Under the pieces are notes generated by a model. It saw only the letters and a list, made by a program, of their open reading frames with translations. It searched no databases and was not told the DNA's origin. Positions 19,035 to 28,451 of a stretch of 64,000 nt of DNA are shown in pieces. The translations under genes and the position numbers were made by a program. Position 1 is the stretch's first letter. Each line of letters begins with the position of its first letter. Origin of the DNA: an uncultured Bifidobacterium sp. (GTDB lineage: Bacteria; Actinomycetota; Actinomycetes; S36-B12; UBA5976); contig CAZZKM010000001.1 in the NCBI GenBank assembly GCA_964655115.1, positions 27,708 to 91,707 on the forward strand. Reading direction: 5' to 3'.

Positions 19035-19865
19035 ATGGAATCTAGAAATCCAGTCATACGTCGTTATGCCGACTTTCAACAACCTGGATCTGTTTTAAAC
19101 AACAGAGGTGGCTACGACAGTTCAATTCTTACTTCAACGCCAGTTGAAGAAACACAAGAAAGATCTTTTCCTGGTGTAACGCCAGCTAAACCTGGCGAAA
19201 GAGTTGTAACTATGGATGACGTAGTTATGAAATCTTTTGTCATGTTAGGACTTTTACTCGTTGGTGCATTTGTTGGTTGGAATGCTCCAGGATTAGCAAT
19301 CATGGCAGCAATAGCTGGCCTTGTTCTTGGTTTAGTAAATACATTTAAGAAAAATGTTTCACCAGCTTTAGTTATTGCTTATGCAGTAATGCAAGGAATT
19401 TTTGTTGGTGGAATTTCATACATTTATCAAAACTTAATTGTTGCTGATGGAACAAACATTGTAGGAAATACAATCATGAGCACCATTGTTGCTTTTGGCA
19501 CCATGCTGTTCTTGTTCAGATCAGGAATTATCAAAGTTGATGCGAAATTCACTCGCATGATGATGGTGGCAATGATTTCTTATTTAGTTATCGCTGTAAT
19601 CTCATTAATCGCTGCATTCATGGGTGTAGGAAATGGATGGGGTTTTTATGGCGTTGGTGGAATTGGAATCTTGCTTGCACTATTTGGTGTAGGTCTTGCC
19701 ACATTTTCATTAATGCTTGATTTCCAAGCAATTCGTTCAGCAATCTCAATGAATTTACCTGAAAAAGAATCTTGGAGATTAGCTTTTGGATTAACCGTAA
19801 CTTTGGTTTGGTTATATCTTGAAATGCTTCGTCTTTTTGCAATCATTGCAGGAAGAAGAGAGTAA
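19035..19865 (+). CDS. Bax inhibitor-1/YccA-family membrane protein
   Basis: MESRNPV, MTMDDVVMKS-like segment, 7 TM helices and AFGLTVTLVWLYLEMLR motif. Confidence 0.92.
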   Translation: MESRNPVIRRYADFQQPGSVLNNRGGYDSSILTSTPVEETQERSFPGVTPAKPGERVVTMDDVVMKSFVMLGLLLVGAFVGWNAPGLAIMAAIAGLVLGLVNTFKKNVSPALVIAYAVMQGIFVGGISYIYQNLIVADGTNIVGNTIMSTIVAFGTMLFLFRSGIIKVDAKFTRMMMVAMISYLVIAVISLIAAFMGVGNGWGFYGVGGIGILLALFGVGLATFSLMLDFQAIRSAISMNLPEKESWRLAFGLTVTLVWLYLEMLRLFAIIAGRRE

Positions 19866-19878
19866 CAAATATTTATTT

Positions 19879-19916
19879 AATTAAAGGGGCCAAGAAATTG
19901 GCCCCTTTAATTTTTT
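19879..19916. terminator. Intrinsic terminator between convergent yccA and msrA
   Basis: AATTAAAGGGGCCAA-GAAA-TTGGCCCCTTTAATT followed by a T run. Confidence 0.9.
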
Positions 19917-20433
19917 AAACCATGCTTGGAAAAAATACTCCAGTTCTTGCATGACAGTCATAACCATTGGGATTTTTCTTTAAATACTTTTGATGATATT
20001 CCTCAGCTTCAAAATATTCATAATCAATACTTGGAATAATTTGAGTGGTGATTGAACCAAAGCCTTCTTTTTTAATTGCCTCTTCATAAATATTTTTTGT
20101 AAGTTCTGCTTCTTTTTTTTGTGACTCATTTTCATAAAAAATCACACTGCGATATTGCGATCCAATGTCATTTCCTTGGCGATTTCCTTGAGTTGGATCA
20201 TGAATTGTCCAAAACATTTCTAGTAATTGACGATAAGTAACTTTATTTGGATCAAATATAACTTTTACTGCTTCTGCATGATTTGTGGTTCCAGTGCAAA
20301 CTAATTCATAACTTGGGTTTTTTACAGTTCCACCCATATAACCAACACTTGTTTCTAAAACACCATCTGTTTGCCAAAATCTTCTTTCAGCACCCCAAAA
20401 GCAACCTAGTGCAAAATATGCAGTCTCTGTCAA
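19915..20433 (-). CDS. msrA: Peptide methionine sulfoxide reductase A
   Basis: GCFWG, GYMGG, HAEAV, DPTQGNRQGNDIGSQYRS and AEEYHQKY motifs. Confidence 0.97.
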   Translation of the reverse strand: MTETAYFALGCFWGAERRFWQTDGVLETSVGYMGGTVKNPSYELVCTGTTNHAEAVKVIFDPNKVTYRQLLEMFWTIHDPTQGNRQGNDIGSQYRSVIFYENESQKKEAELTKNIYEEAIKKEGFGSITTQIIPSIDYEYFEAEEYHQKYLKKNPNGYDCHARTGVFFPSMV

Positions 20434-20489
20434 AGTATTTCTCCTAACGCTTAGTTTCTATTGTGCTTCAACTTTTTAATTTGCGCCAA

Positions 20490-21725
20490 TTATTTATTTG
20501 ATTTTGGTTTTGTCTCAGGCATAATGCTTGAGAAAAATACTGCTAAGAGAGAAATTGCAGCGCCAGTTAAAAAGGCGGCAGCAAAACCAAGTGAGTCAAC
20601 TAAACTTCCAGCAACGATTGGTCCGATGATTGAACCAAAATCACTAGTCATTTGAAATGCAGCAACCACAGGACCACTTTGTTTTCCACCAGTTACATCT
20701 CCAACAACTGCAGCAGGTGCAGATCCCATAAAGGCTGCTCCAATTCCTGCAATTGCCATAGAAACCAAAAACCCTAAAGGTGTCTCAAAAATAACTAGAA
20801 CTAATACAGAAACAAATAAAGTACTAGTTCCAAAAATCATAGAAGGTTTTCTACCATTTAAATCAGTTGCTTTTCCTGCAAAAGATAAAAATGCTGCTTG
20901 AGTAATGCTGGTGGCTAAAAATCCTAATCCAATTAAAGAAGGACTTGATTGCAACTCTTCAACAACAAATATAGGAATAATTGAAGATCTAATTCCAAAT
21001 GAAACAAAACCAGTAGCAAGATTTACAGATAATGCAGCAGCGTAAGCCCTATTTTTTACTGCATTTACAAATAGTTTTAATTGATTTAATACTTTAGATC
21101 TTTCTTTTTGTTGGCCATCTTTTTTCTCATGTTTATTTAAGAAAAATGCAGATGCTGCAGCTGCAAACAAAAGAGTAAAAGAGTAAACAAAGAATGGTGC
21201 TCTTAAAGAAATAGCGATCACAATTCCACCAACGGCAGGACCTGCTAAACCACCAATTAAAAATCCACCTTGAAATGCAGCAGCGGCTCTACCTCTTTGT
21301 TCTGCTGAAACAATTCTTAAAAGAAGTGAAAAAGAAGCAACTGAAAACATTGTGCTACCAAGGCCACCTGCACCTCGAAGAATAAGTAAGTGAAGAAAAT
21401 CATTTGCCAGACCTGCAAAAAAACTTGATAAAGAAACTATTAATAAACCAATAGTTAATACATTTCTTTCTCCAAATTTATTTACCCAATAACCTGCAAG
21501 AGGAGCAGAAGCAAATCTCATAAGAGCAAAAACTGAAACTACCGAACTTGCTGCAAAAGCGGTAACTCCAAAGGATTTTGCAAAGACTGGAATTGCAGGC
21601 GCTACTATGCCAAAGCCGATTGCAACAAAAAAAGCTATTAAAGCAATAATTGCTACTTCGTTAGGAAGACCTCTAAGCCAAGGGTTATGTCTAATTTTTC
21701 TTGCTAAGCCATGAAATGAAGTCAC
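20490..21725 (-). CDS. MFS transporter
   Basis: About 12 TM helices with GYWVNKFGER and RGRAAAAFQGG motifs. Confidence 0.9.
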   Translation of the reverse strand: MTSFHGLARKIRHNPWLRGLPNEVAIIALIAFFVAIGFGIVAPAIPVFAKSFGVTAFAASSVVSVFALMRFASAPLAGYWVNKFGERNVLTIGLLIVSLSSFFAGLANDFLHLLILRGAGGLGSTMFSVASFSLLLRIVSAEQRGRAAAAFQGGFLIGGLAGPAVGGIVIAISLRAPFFVYSFTLLFAAAASAFFLNKHEKKDGQQKERSKVLNQLKLFVNAVKNRAYAAALSVNLATGFVSFGIRSSIIPIFVVEELQSSPSLIGLGFLATSITQAAFLSFAGKATDLNGRKPSMIFGTSTLFVSVLVLVIFETPLGFLVSMAIAGIGAAFMGSAPAAVVGDVTGGKQSGPVVAAFQMTSDFGSIIGPIVAGSLVDSLGFAAAFLTGAAISLLAVFFSSIMPETKPKSNK

Positions 21726-21812
21726 AATGGGTTAAAGCCTAGGGCTTAGGTGGTTTAAACTAATTCAGATAGTCACTTACAAGATTAAAAATCTATTGAA
21801 TTGGAGAGAAAA

Positions 21813-23030
21813 ATGTCAGAAAAACATTTAGTCTCTCTTTCTGATATCGAACAAGCTTCAAAAAGATTAACTGGAATTATCAGACCCACAGTAATGGTCC
21901 ATGCTGGATGGTTGGAAAGACAAATTAATCAACCTGTGTATTTAAAACCTGAAAATCTTCAACGTGCAGGTTCATTTAAAATTCGTGGCGCTTACAACTT
22001 AATGTCACAACTTTCTGATGAAGAAAAGAAAAAAGGAGTAGTGGCAGCAAGTGCAGGAAATCATGCCCAAGGTGTCGCATTAGCTGCACAACTTTTAGGA
22101 ATTAAATCAAAAGTTTATATGCCAGTTTCAGCATCTATTCCTAAAGTTTTAGCGACAAAAGGTTACGGAGCAGAAGTTAAATTTGCAGGTGACACAATCG
22201 ATGTTTCAATTGCTGAAGCTAGAAAAGATAGTGAACAAACTGGATCTATATTTATTTCTCCTTTTGATCATCCCCACATCGTGGCAGGACAAGGAACAGT
22301 TGGTTTAGAAATAATTGAACAACTACCAGAAGTAAAAACTGTTTTAGTTTGTACAGGTGGTGGAGGATTAATTGCTGGATCTGCTTTAGCTATAAAACAA
22401 AAAAATCCAAATGTAAAAGTTATTGGTGTCCAAGCAGAAAATGCTGCTGCATATCCACAATCTTTAAAAGAAGGAAAACCAGTCGCCTTAAAATCAATGA
22501 ACACTATGGCAGATGGAATTGCAGTTGGAAAACCTGGAGATGTTCCATTTGGAATTATAAAAGATTACGTTGATGACATTGTCACTGTTTCTGAAAATGA
22601 GTTATCAATAGGACTTTTACAAACACTTGAAAGAGGAAAACTTTTAGTTGAACCAGGAGGAGCAGCTGCTGTAGCTGCTTTTATTGCAAATCCAAAAGCA
22701 TTTGAAGGACCTGTTGCAATTGTGTTATCCGGGGGAAATATTGACCCACTTTTATTAGAAAGAATCATGCAAACTGGTCTTGCAGCAGCAGGAAGATATT
22801 TAACTGTTCGAATCAGAATAAAAGATAAACCAGGTTCTTTAGCAAAATTGTTGTCAGAAATTGGTTCATTGGGCGCAAATATTTTGGATGTTTTTCATTT
22901 AAGAACAGATCCAATGCTTGCTTTAGATGAAGTTGCGGTGAATATCACAATGGAAACTAGAGGACAAGATCACGAAGTAGAAGTATTACAAAGAATTAAA
23001 TCCCTAGGCCACGAAGCGCAAGTTCAGTAA
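21813..23030 (+). CDS. ilvA: Threonine ammonia-lyase with ACT domain
   Basis: KPENLQRAGSFKIRGA (PLP Lys), ASAGNHAQG, SGGNID and a C-terminal ACT domain. Start is ATG 21813 after GGAG. Confidence 0.95.
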   Translation: MSEKHLVSLSDIEQASKRLTGIIRPTVMVHAGWLERQINQPVYLKPENLQRAGSFKIRGAYNLMSQLSDEEKKKGVVAASAGNHAQGVALAAQLLGIKSKVYMPVSASIPKVLATKGYGAEVKFAGDTIDVSIAEARKDSEQTGSIFISPFDHPHIVAGQGTVGLEIIEQLPEVKTVLVCTGGGGLIAGSALAIKQKNPNVKVIGVQAENAAAYPQSLKEGKPVALKSMNTMADGIAVGKPGDVPFGIIKDYVDDIVTVSENELSIGLLQTLERGKLLVEPGGAAAVAAFIANPKAFEGPVAIVLSGGNIDPLLLERIMQTGLAAAGRYLTVRIRIKDKPGSLAKLLSEIGSLGANILDVFHLRTDPMLALDEVAVNITMETRGQDHEVEVLQRIKSLGHEAQVQ

Positions 23031-23071
23031 TACAACTAGAATTAAACTAAATCATTTATCAGGAGTTTTAA

Positions 23072-24052
23072 TTGAGTATAGCTATTGAAGCAAATAATTT
23101 GGTTAAACATTATGGTGAAGTAAAAGCACTTGATGGATTAAGTTTAAAAGTTGAACAAGGAAGTGTTTTTGGTTTACTGGGGCCAAACGGCGCAGGAAAA
23201 ACTACGACTGTAAGAGTTTTAACAACACTACTTAATCCAGATTCAGGCTCTGCTTTTGTTTCAGGAGTAGATGTTATTAATGATCCAGTTCATGCCAGAG
23301 AAATTATGGGTTTATCAGGACAAAGTGCAACAGTTGATGAAAATTTAACAGGTATAGAAAATCTTGTGATGCTTGGAAGACTTTTTAGACTTCCTAGGAA
23401 AGAAGCAAATGAAAAAGCTATTGAATTACTAGAAAGATTTAATTTAACCGATGCTTCAAAAAGAATTGTTAAAACTTATTCAGGTGGTATGCGCAGAAGA
23501 CTTGATTTAGCAGCATCTTTAATTGCAAATCCAAATATTTTGTTTTTAGATGAACCAACAACTGGCTTAGATCCAAGATCTCGCATCATGATGTGGGATG
23601 TAATTAAAGGTTTGGTTTCCTCTGGAACAACAGTTTTATTAACCACTCAATATTTAGAAGAAGCAGATCAATTAGCAGACAAAATTGCCGTAATTGATAA
23701 AGGCAAAGTTATTGCCCAAGGAACAGCAGATGAATTAAAAACCCAAGTTGGTGGCGAACGAATCGATGTCGTGGTTGATGAAAATAAAGCTCAAATTGCG
23801 GCTGAGGCTTTAAAAAATATTGCATCTGGTCAAGTGGTGGTTGAAGGAGAACATGTTCAAGCACCTGTTACTGGAGGTGGAGTAAAAGTAGTTGATGCTG
23901 TTCGTGCATTAGATGCAGCTTCAATTGTTATAAAAGAAATACAACTAAGAAGACCAACCCTTGATGATGTGTTTTTAACATTAACTGGGCATCATGCCGA
24001 AGAAGTTAAAGTTGAAGAAGAATTAGCTGATACAAAAAGAGGTAGAAGATAA
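23072..24052 (+). CDS. ABC exporter ATP-binding protein (DrrA-like)
   Basis: GPNGAGKTT, YSGGMRRRLDLA and DEPTTGLDP motifs. Confidence 0.93.
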   Translation: MSIAIEANNLVKHYGEVKALDGLSLKVEQGSVFGLLGPNGAGKTTTVRVLTTLLNPDSGSAFVSGVDVINDPVHAREIMGLSGQSATVDENLTGIENLVMLGRLFRLPRKEANEKAIELLERFNLTDASKRIVKTYSGGMRRRLDLAASLIANPNILFLDEPTTGLDPRSRIMMWDVIKGLVSSGTTVLLTTQYLEEADQLADKIAVIDKGKVIAQGTADELKTQVGGERIDVVVDENKAQIAAEALKNIASGQVVVEGEHVQAPVTGGGVKVVDAVRALDAASIVIKEIQLRRPTLDDVFLTLTGHHAEEVKVEEELADTKRGRR

Positions 24053-24892
24053 ATGAGTTCGCGTTCAGTAACTGAAAATTATGCAAGAAAACATGGCAAA
24101 GTTTATTGGCTATTTCATGACAGTTTTGTCATTATGTGGAGAAATTTATTAAGGTTTAGAAGAAATCCAGAAGTTTTATTTTTTGATGTTGTTCAACCAA
24201 TTATTTTTATTTTATTATTTGCTTTTGTTTTTGGTGGAGCAATTGATGTAGGAGATGGAAATTATCGTTCATTCTTAATTCCAGGAATATTTGTACAAAC
24301 AATTGCATTTGCAGGAGCTTCTGCAGCGATTGGTTTAAATGCTGATATGAATTCTGGAATTATTGACAGATTTAAATCACTTCCAATGAATACTTTGGGA
24401 GTTTTACTTGGACAAAACTTTGCAGATCTTGCAAGAAGTGTCGTAACTTTATTCATTATGTCTTTAACCGGTCTTGCCATTGGTTGGAGAATTAATGGCG
24501 GATTTGTTAATGCAGTTTATGCATACCTATTACTTTTGTTTTTTTGTTTTGCAATGGCTTGGATTGGAGCCACAATTGGTTTATCGGTTTCATCTCCTCA
24601 AGTTGCAAGTACCGCAGGCTTTGCTTGGCTCTTCCCTTTAACGTTTTTATCTAATGCATTTGTGCCTTCAGAAACTTTGCCCTCATGGTTAAGAGTTTTT
24701 GCCGAATGGAATCCAATTACTTCCATTGTCGCAGCAGAAAGATATTTATTTGGCTATCCAGTTCCAGTTGCACCAGATGCACCGTTTTCTTTGCAACATC
24801 CAATTTTGACCACGATTATTTGGTTAGTTTTAATAACAGCAATATTTATGCCACTTGCTGGTAGAAAATTTAGAAAAGCAACTTCTCGTTAA
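24053..24892 (+). CDS. ABC-2 type permease (DrrB-like)
   Basis: 6 TM helices with GIIDRFKSLPM and FAEWNPIT motifs. Confidence 0.92.
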   Translation: MSSRSVTENYARKHGKVYWLFHDSFVIMWRNLLRFRRNPEVLFFDVVQPIIFILLFAFVFGGAIDVGDGNYRSFLIPGIFVQTIAFAGASAAIGLNADMNSGIIDRFKSLPMNTLGVLLGQNFADLARSVVTLFIMSLTGLAIGWRINGGFVNAVYAYLLLLFFCFAMAWIGATIGLSVSSPQVASTAGFAWLFPLTFLSNAFVPSETLPSWLRVFAEWNPITSIVAAERYLFGYPVPVAPDAPFSLQHPILTTIIWLVLITAIFMPLAGRKFRKATSR

Positions 24893-25374
24893 TTTGAGTA
24901 AGTTTCAACTTTTGTTATTTTAATTTTTACTTCTTTGCCATTTGGGAGAGCAAAACTAGTTTCATCACCTTGTTTTTTTCCTAATACAGCTTTTCCCAGG
25001 GGAGAATCTGGGGAATATACATCCATAGTTGCATGTTGGGCTTCTTCTCTTGAAACTAACCAAAACTTTTCTGTATCTCCATCAAAAAATTCAACGCTTA
25101 CAACATGTCCGATTGCAACACTTCCGGTTTCACTGGGAGGAGTTCCAATTTGAGCATTTTCTAACATTTGTTTTAATTGTCTAATTCTTGCTTCGTTTTT
25201 TCCTTGCTCTTCTCTTGCTGCGTGGTAACCACCGTTTTCTTTTAAATCTCCTTCTTCACGCGCAAGTTCAATTCTTTTTGTAATTTCAGAGCGCAATGCA
25301 CCAGAACGTTCATTCAATTCATTAGTTAAGCGATCAAAGGATTCTTGGGTAAGCCAGACGTTTGAATTATTCAT
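24889..25374 (-). CDS. greA: Transcription elongation factor GreA
   Basis: AREEGDLKENGGYHAA and YSPDSPLGKA motifs. Confidence 0.97.
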   Translation of the reverse strand: MNNSNVWLTQESFDRLTNELNERSGALRSEITKRIELAREEGDLKENGGYHAAREEQGKNEARIRQLKQMLENAQIGTPPSETGSVAIGHVVSVEFFDGDTEKFWLVSREEAQHATMDVYSPDSPLGKAVLGKKQGDETSFALPNGKEVKIKITKVETYSN

Positions 25375-25389
25375 AGTTTCTAATAATAC

Positions 25390-25892
25390 TTACTGCCCAG
25401 AATTTATGGCTGGGGGATCTTGTTTAGGAATTTCTACTCCAGGAATAAATTGTGAAGCAATGAAAAGTGTTGAATCTTTTTCATCATCACAATTAATTAC
25501 TTCTGCCGTATAAGCCATTTCGTAAGTTTTTAAATTGTAATTTAATTGTTTATAGTTTTTACCATCTTTTGGTATTTCTAAAATGGCATAGCCAACATCT
25601 GTCATATTTTCATTTTGTGCTCTTATTAAACACCAAACATCTAGACTTTCATTTCGATTTACTTCTTATACTGCTTCATTATTTTTAACTTTACATTATT
25701 TTTATCTTTAATTTCCCAAGCTAATAATTTTTCATAAATTGGAGGGTTTATTACTCGATTGATTCCAACTGCTACAAACGAACCAATAACAGCAATAAAA
25801 ATAAAACCTACAAAATAAAGAAACCAAGGTTTTCCTTGTTTGGGATAACGATCTTTAATATGAGAAGGCCACTGATCTCGATTTGTTAACAA
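25390..25892 (-). pseudogene. DUF4307-family membrane protein split by a frameshift and stop
   Basis: The N-terminal TM half (25659-25892) and the C-terminal half (EVNRNESLDVWCLIRAQNENMTDVGYA...) are in different frames, with about 17 extra nt at 25666-25682. It sits in the conserved greA-DUF4307-mca slot and could be an assembly error. Confidence 0.7.
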
Positions 25893-25961
25893 AGTAGTTT
25901 CCTCATAAGATTTAAGTTGTCTTTATTTGACAATACTGCCTAGATTTAAAGGATATTAAAG

Positions 25962-26813
25962 TTGCAAGGTTTGCGCCTGTTATGTGTTCATGCTCATCCT
26001 GATGATGAAGCCAGTAAAGGTGCTGCCACTGTTGCTAAATATGTAGATGAGGGTGTGCAAGTCATGATTGCTACTTGCACTGGTGGGGAAAGAGGAGATG
26101 TTTTAAATCCAAAACTTAAATCCCCTGAAGTAGAAGAAAAGTTAGCCCAAATCAGAAAAGAAGAAATGGCAAAATCTATTGAGATTTTGGGAGCAAAACA
26201 TACTTGGCTTGGATTTATTGATTCAGGTTTTCCAGAAGGGGATCCCAAACCGCCACTTCCTGAAGGTTGCTTTGCAGAAATTCCAATTAAAGACGCTAGT
26301 AGACCATTAATAAAACTAATCAGAGAATTCAAACCACACGTTGTAATTACTTATGACGAAAATGGTGGCTATCCGCATCCTGATCACATTAGAACGCATG
26401 AAATAACTATGTTTGCTTATGAAAATGCACCCAAATTAAATTATGAACCAGACCTTGGTTTCCCATGGCAAATCAAAAAAGTTTATTACCAAATGGGTTT
26501 TAATTTTGGGCAAATGAAAGCAATAGATCACGCTTTTAAAGAATTAGGAAAAACTAATCCATACGCAGATTGGATGGTTGGCATGAAAGATAATTCTGAT
26601 TTAGTGACAACAAAAATTGAATGCAGTAAATATTTTGAAAAAAGAGAACTTGCTTTAAAAGCTCATGCAACCCAAGTAGATCCAGATGGTGACTGGTTTG
26701 CCTTGCCTACTGAAATTCAAAAAAAGATTTGGCCAACAGAGGATTATCAATTAGCAGTAACTCGAGTTCCATTTAAAACACCTGAAACTGATTTATTTGA
26801 AGGTTTGCGATAG
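25962..26813 (+). CDS. mca: Mycothiol S-conjugate amidase
   Basis: VHAHPDDEASKGA, TYDENGGYPHPDH and AHATQVDPDG motifs; divergent from greA/DUF4307. Confidence 0.95.
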   Translation: MQGLRLLCVHAHPDDEASKGAATVAKYVDEGVQVMIATCTGGERGDVLNPKLKSPEVEEKLAQIRKEEMAKSIEILGAKHTWLGFIDSGFPEGDPKPPLPEGCFAEIPIKDASRPLIKLIREFKPHVVITYDENGGYPHPDHIRTHEITMFAYENAPKLNYEPDLGFPWQIKKVYYQMGFNFGQMKAIDHAFKELGKTNPYADWMVGMKDNSDLVTTKIECSKYFEKRELALKAHATQVDPDGDWFALPTEIQKKIWPTEDYQLAVTRVPFKTPETDLFEGLR

Positions 26814-26822
26814 ATTTAAATT

Positions 26823-26996
26823 ATGTTAGCTAACTTAATTTTGATACTTGCAGAAACTCCTGAAATTGATCCAGATCGAGTCAGACCTGGAGTATTAGGA
26901 CTTTTAACATTTGGATTATTAGGCGTTTCGGTTTTTTTAATTTCTTATTTTTTAATCAGAAGTTTAAAGAAAACGGACGAAACTTTCAAAAAATAG
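26823..26996 (+). CDS. Small single-TM protein (57 aa), absent from the ORF track
   Basis: MLANLILILAETPEIDPDRVRPGVLGLLTFGLLGVSVFLISYFLIRSLKKTDETFKK. The D..V.PG.LG plus TM pattern matches the small protein usually found after mca in actinomycetes. Confidence 0.8.
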   Translation: MLANLILILAETPEIDPDRVRPGVLGLLTFGLLGVSVFLISYFLIRSLKKTDETFKK

Positions 26997-27683
26997 TTAA
27001 AGTCTTTTAAGTCCTTTTAATGCTTCTCTTTTTGAAACCGTTGACATAGAGGGATTTTTCCTTAAAAATTCTTTAACTTTACCCGGATTTATTTTGGCAA
27101 AATCTCTTAAAGCCCAACCAATAGCTTTTGCCACAAAAAATTCTGGATTATTAATATGTTTTTGGCATATTTTTAAAACAAAATCAAGATCAGTTTTTGA
27201 TTTATGCCCCCGCTGATGTTGAATAGCACAACGGATTAACCAAATATTTTTTGAATTATTCCATTTATTTACAGTTTTCCTGGTTTCAGGATATTTCAAT
27301 GTCAAAGGTGAAATTACTTGAGTTCCAAGTAAATCAACTGAATCCCACCAAGATTTGGTTTTAATTAATATCGTTATTTGCTCTAATGTTTTTGGTGTAC
27401 AAACTTTAATATATTTACCAATTAAGTCACAAGCTGCATATTGAAATTCTCTTTGAGGTAATTTCCACAAAAGTTTGGCTGCTGTTATTAATTCTTTTTC
27501 TGTAGGGGTAGAAAGATTTTGCCATGCTTTCTTTGTTAAATCTCTTCTTTTTGGGGAACTAATTCCAATAAATGGTGAAATATTTTTCATATAGTTTGCA
27601 GCACCTTGAGCGACTTTTTTATTACCAGCATTTTTAAATGCTTGCTTGGTGTTTGTAACTACCTCTTTAGCCCAATTACTCAT
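26997..27683 (-). CDS. DNA alkylation repair protein (AlkD-like)
   Basis: REFQYAACD, KSWWDSVDLL, WLIRCAIQHQ and EFFVAKAIGWALR motifs. Confidence 0.92.
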   Translation of the reverse strand: MSNWAKEVVTNTKQAFKNAGNKKVAQGAANYMKNISPFIGISSPKRRDLTKKAWQNLSTPTEKELITAAKLLWKLPQREFQYAACDLIGKYIKVCTPKTLEQITILIKTKSWWDSVDLLGTQVISPLTLKYPETRKTVNKWNNSKNIWLIRCAIQHQRGHKSKTDLDFVLKICQKHINNPEFFVAKAIGWALRDFAKINPGKVKEFLRKNPSMSTVSKREALKGLKRL

Positions 27684-27691
27684 ATAACTAC

Positions 27692-27698
27692 TAGATTA
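27692..27698. promoter_or_regulatory. Overlapping divergent -10 boxes (TAGATT on +, TAATCT on -)
   Basis: Only 21 nt separate the alkD and lysE start codons. The + box is 7 nt from the lysE ATG and the - box is 9 nt from the alkD ATG. Confidence 0.55.
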
Positions 27699-27704
27699 GT
27701 CGCC

Positions 27705-28343
27705 ATGCCTCCACTAAGTGACGTGATTGCTTTTGCCATCGCTTCATTTTTAATAATTATCATTCCTGGTCCAAGTGTTTTATTTACTATCGGCAGAGGA
27801 ATTTCATTTGGTAAAAAAGCTGCACTTGTAAATGTGGCAGGAAATTCAGTAGGAATGTTTACTGGATCTTTAGGTGTTGCCATTGGTATTGGATCTTTAG
27901 TGCAAACCTCTGATATTGCTTATGCAATCGTTGGGGTTTTAGGTGGTGGTTATTTAGTTTATTTAGGTTATGACGCTATAAAAACTAGAAAAGATGTAGC
28001 GAAGGCATTAGTAGAAAAAGCAGATCCAAAACCTTCAAAAGAAGTCTTTAAACAAGGTTTCATAGTGGGATTTTTAAATCCAAAATCTTTAGTATTTTTT
28101 GCAGCTATTTTGCCGCAATTTGTGGATAGATCTCAAGGAAGAATAATTTGGCAAATGATTTTTCTAGCTTTTATATTTTTTGTCATAGCAGTAATTAGTG
28201 ATAGCACTTGGGGCTTAGTTGCAGGCACTGCTAGACATTGGCTAGCAAGTACGCCAACTCGAATTGAAAAAATAACAGGTGCTGGAGGGCTAATAATCCT
28301 GACACTTGGCTTAAGCGTTATCTATTCAGCCTTTAACCGTTAA
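27705..28343 (+). CDS. LysE/RhtB-family amino acid exporter
   Basis: IIIPGPSVLF, GGGYLVYLG and GFLNPKSLVFF motifs. Start moved to ATG 27705, because the upstream extension overlaps alkD. Confidence 0.92.
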   Translation: MPPLSDVIAFAIASFLIIIIPGPSVLFTIGRGISFGKKAALVNVAGNSVGMFTGSLGVAIGIGSLVQTSDIAYAIVGVLGGGYLVYLGYDAIKTRKDVAKALVEKADPKPSKEVFKQGFIVGFLNPKSLVFFAAILPQFVDRSQGRIIWQMIFLAFIFFVIAVISDSTWGLVAGTARHWLASTPTRIEKITGAGGLIILTLGLSVIYSAFNR

Positions 28344-28451
28344 CTTTCACTTGGGTGTGTCGCAAGTATTGGAATACCAAAATCCTCTAGCGTTATTTGT
28401 GAAGTAACTACTAGACAACTGAAAAAGTTTTAAGCGTTAGGAAGTGGTTGA

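Noticed and set aside
25655-25675. Programmed -1 frameshift restoring DUF4307
   Set aside because: The -1 frame has a TAA just before the resumption point, the only shift window (T AAG AAG TAA) is not a slippery heptamer, and I see no stimulatory structure.
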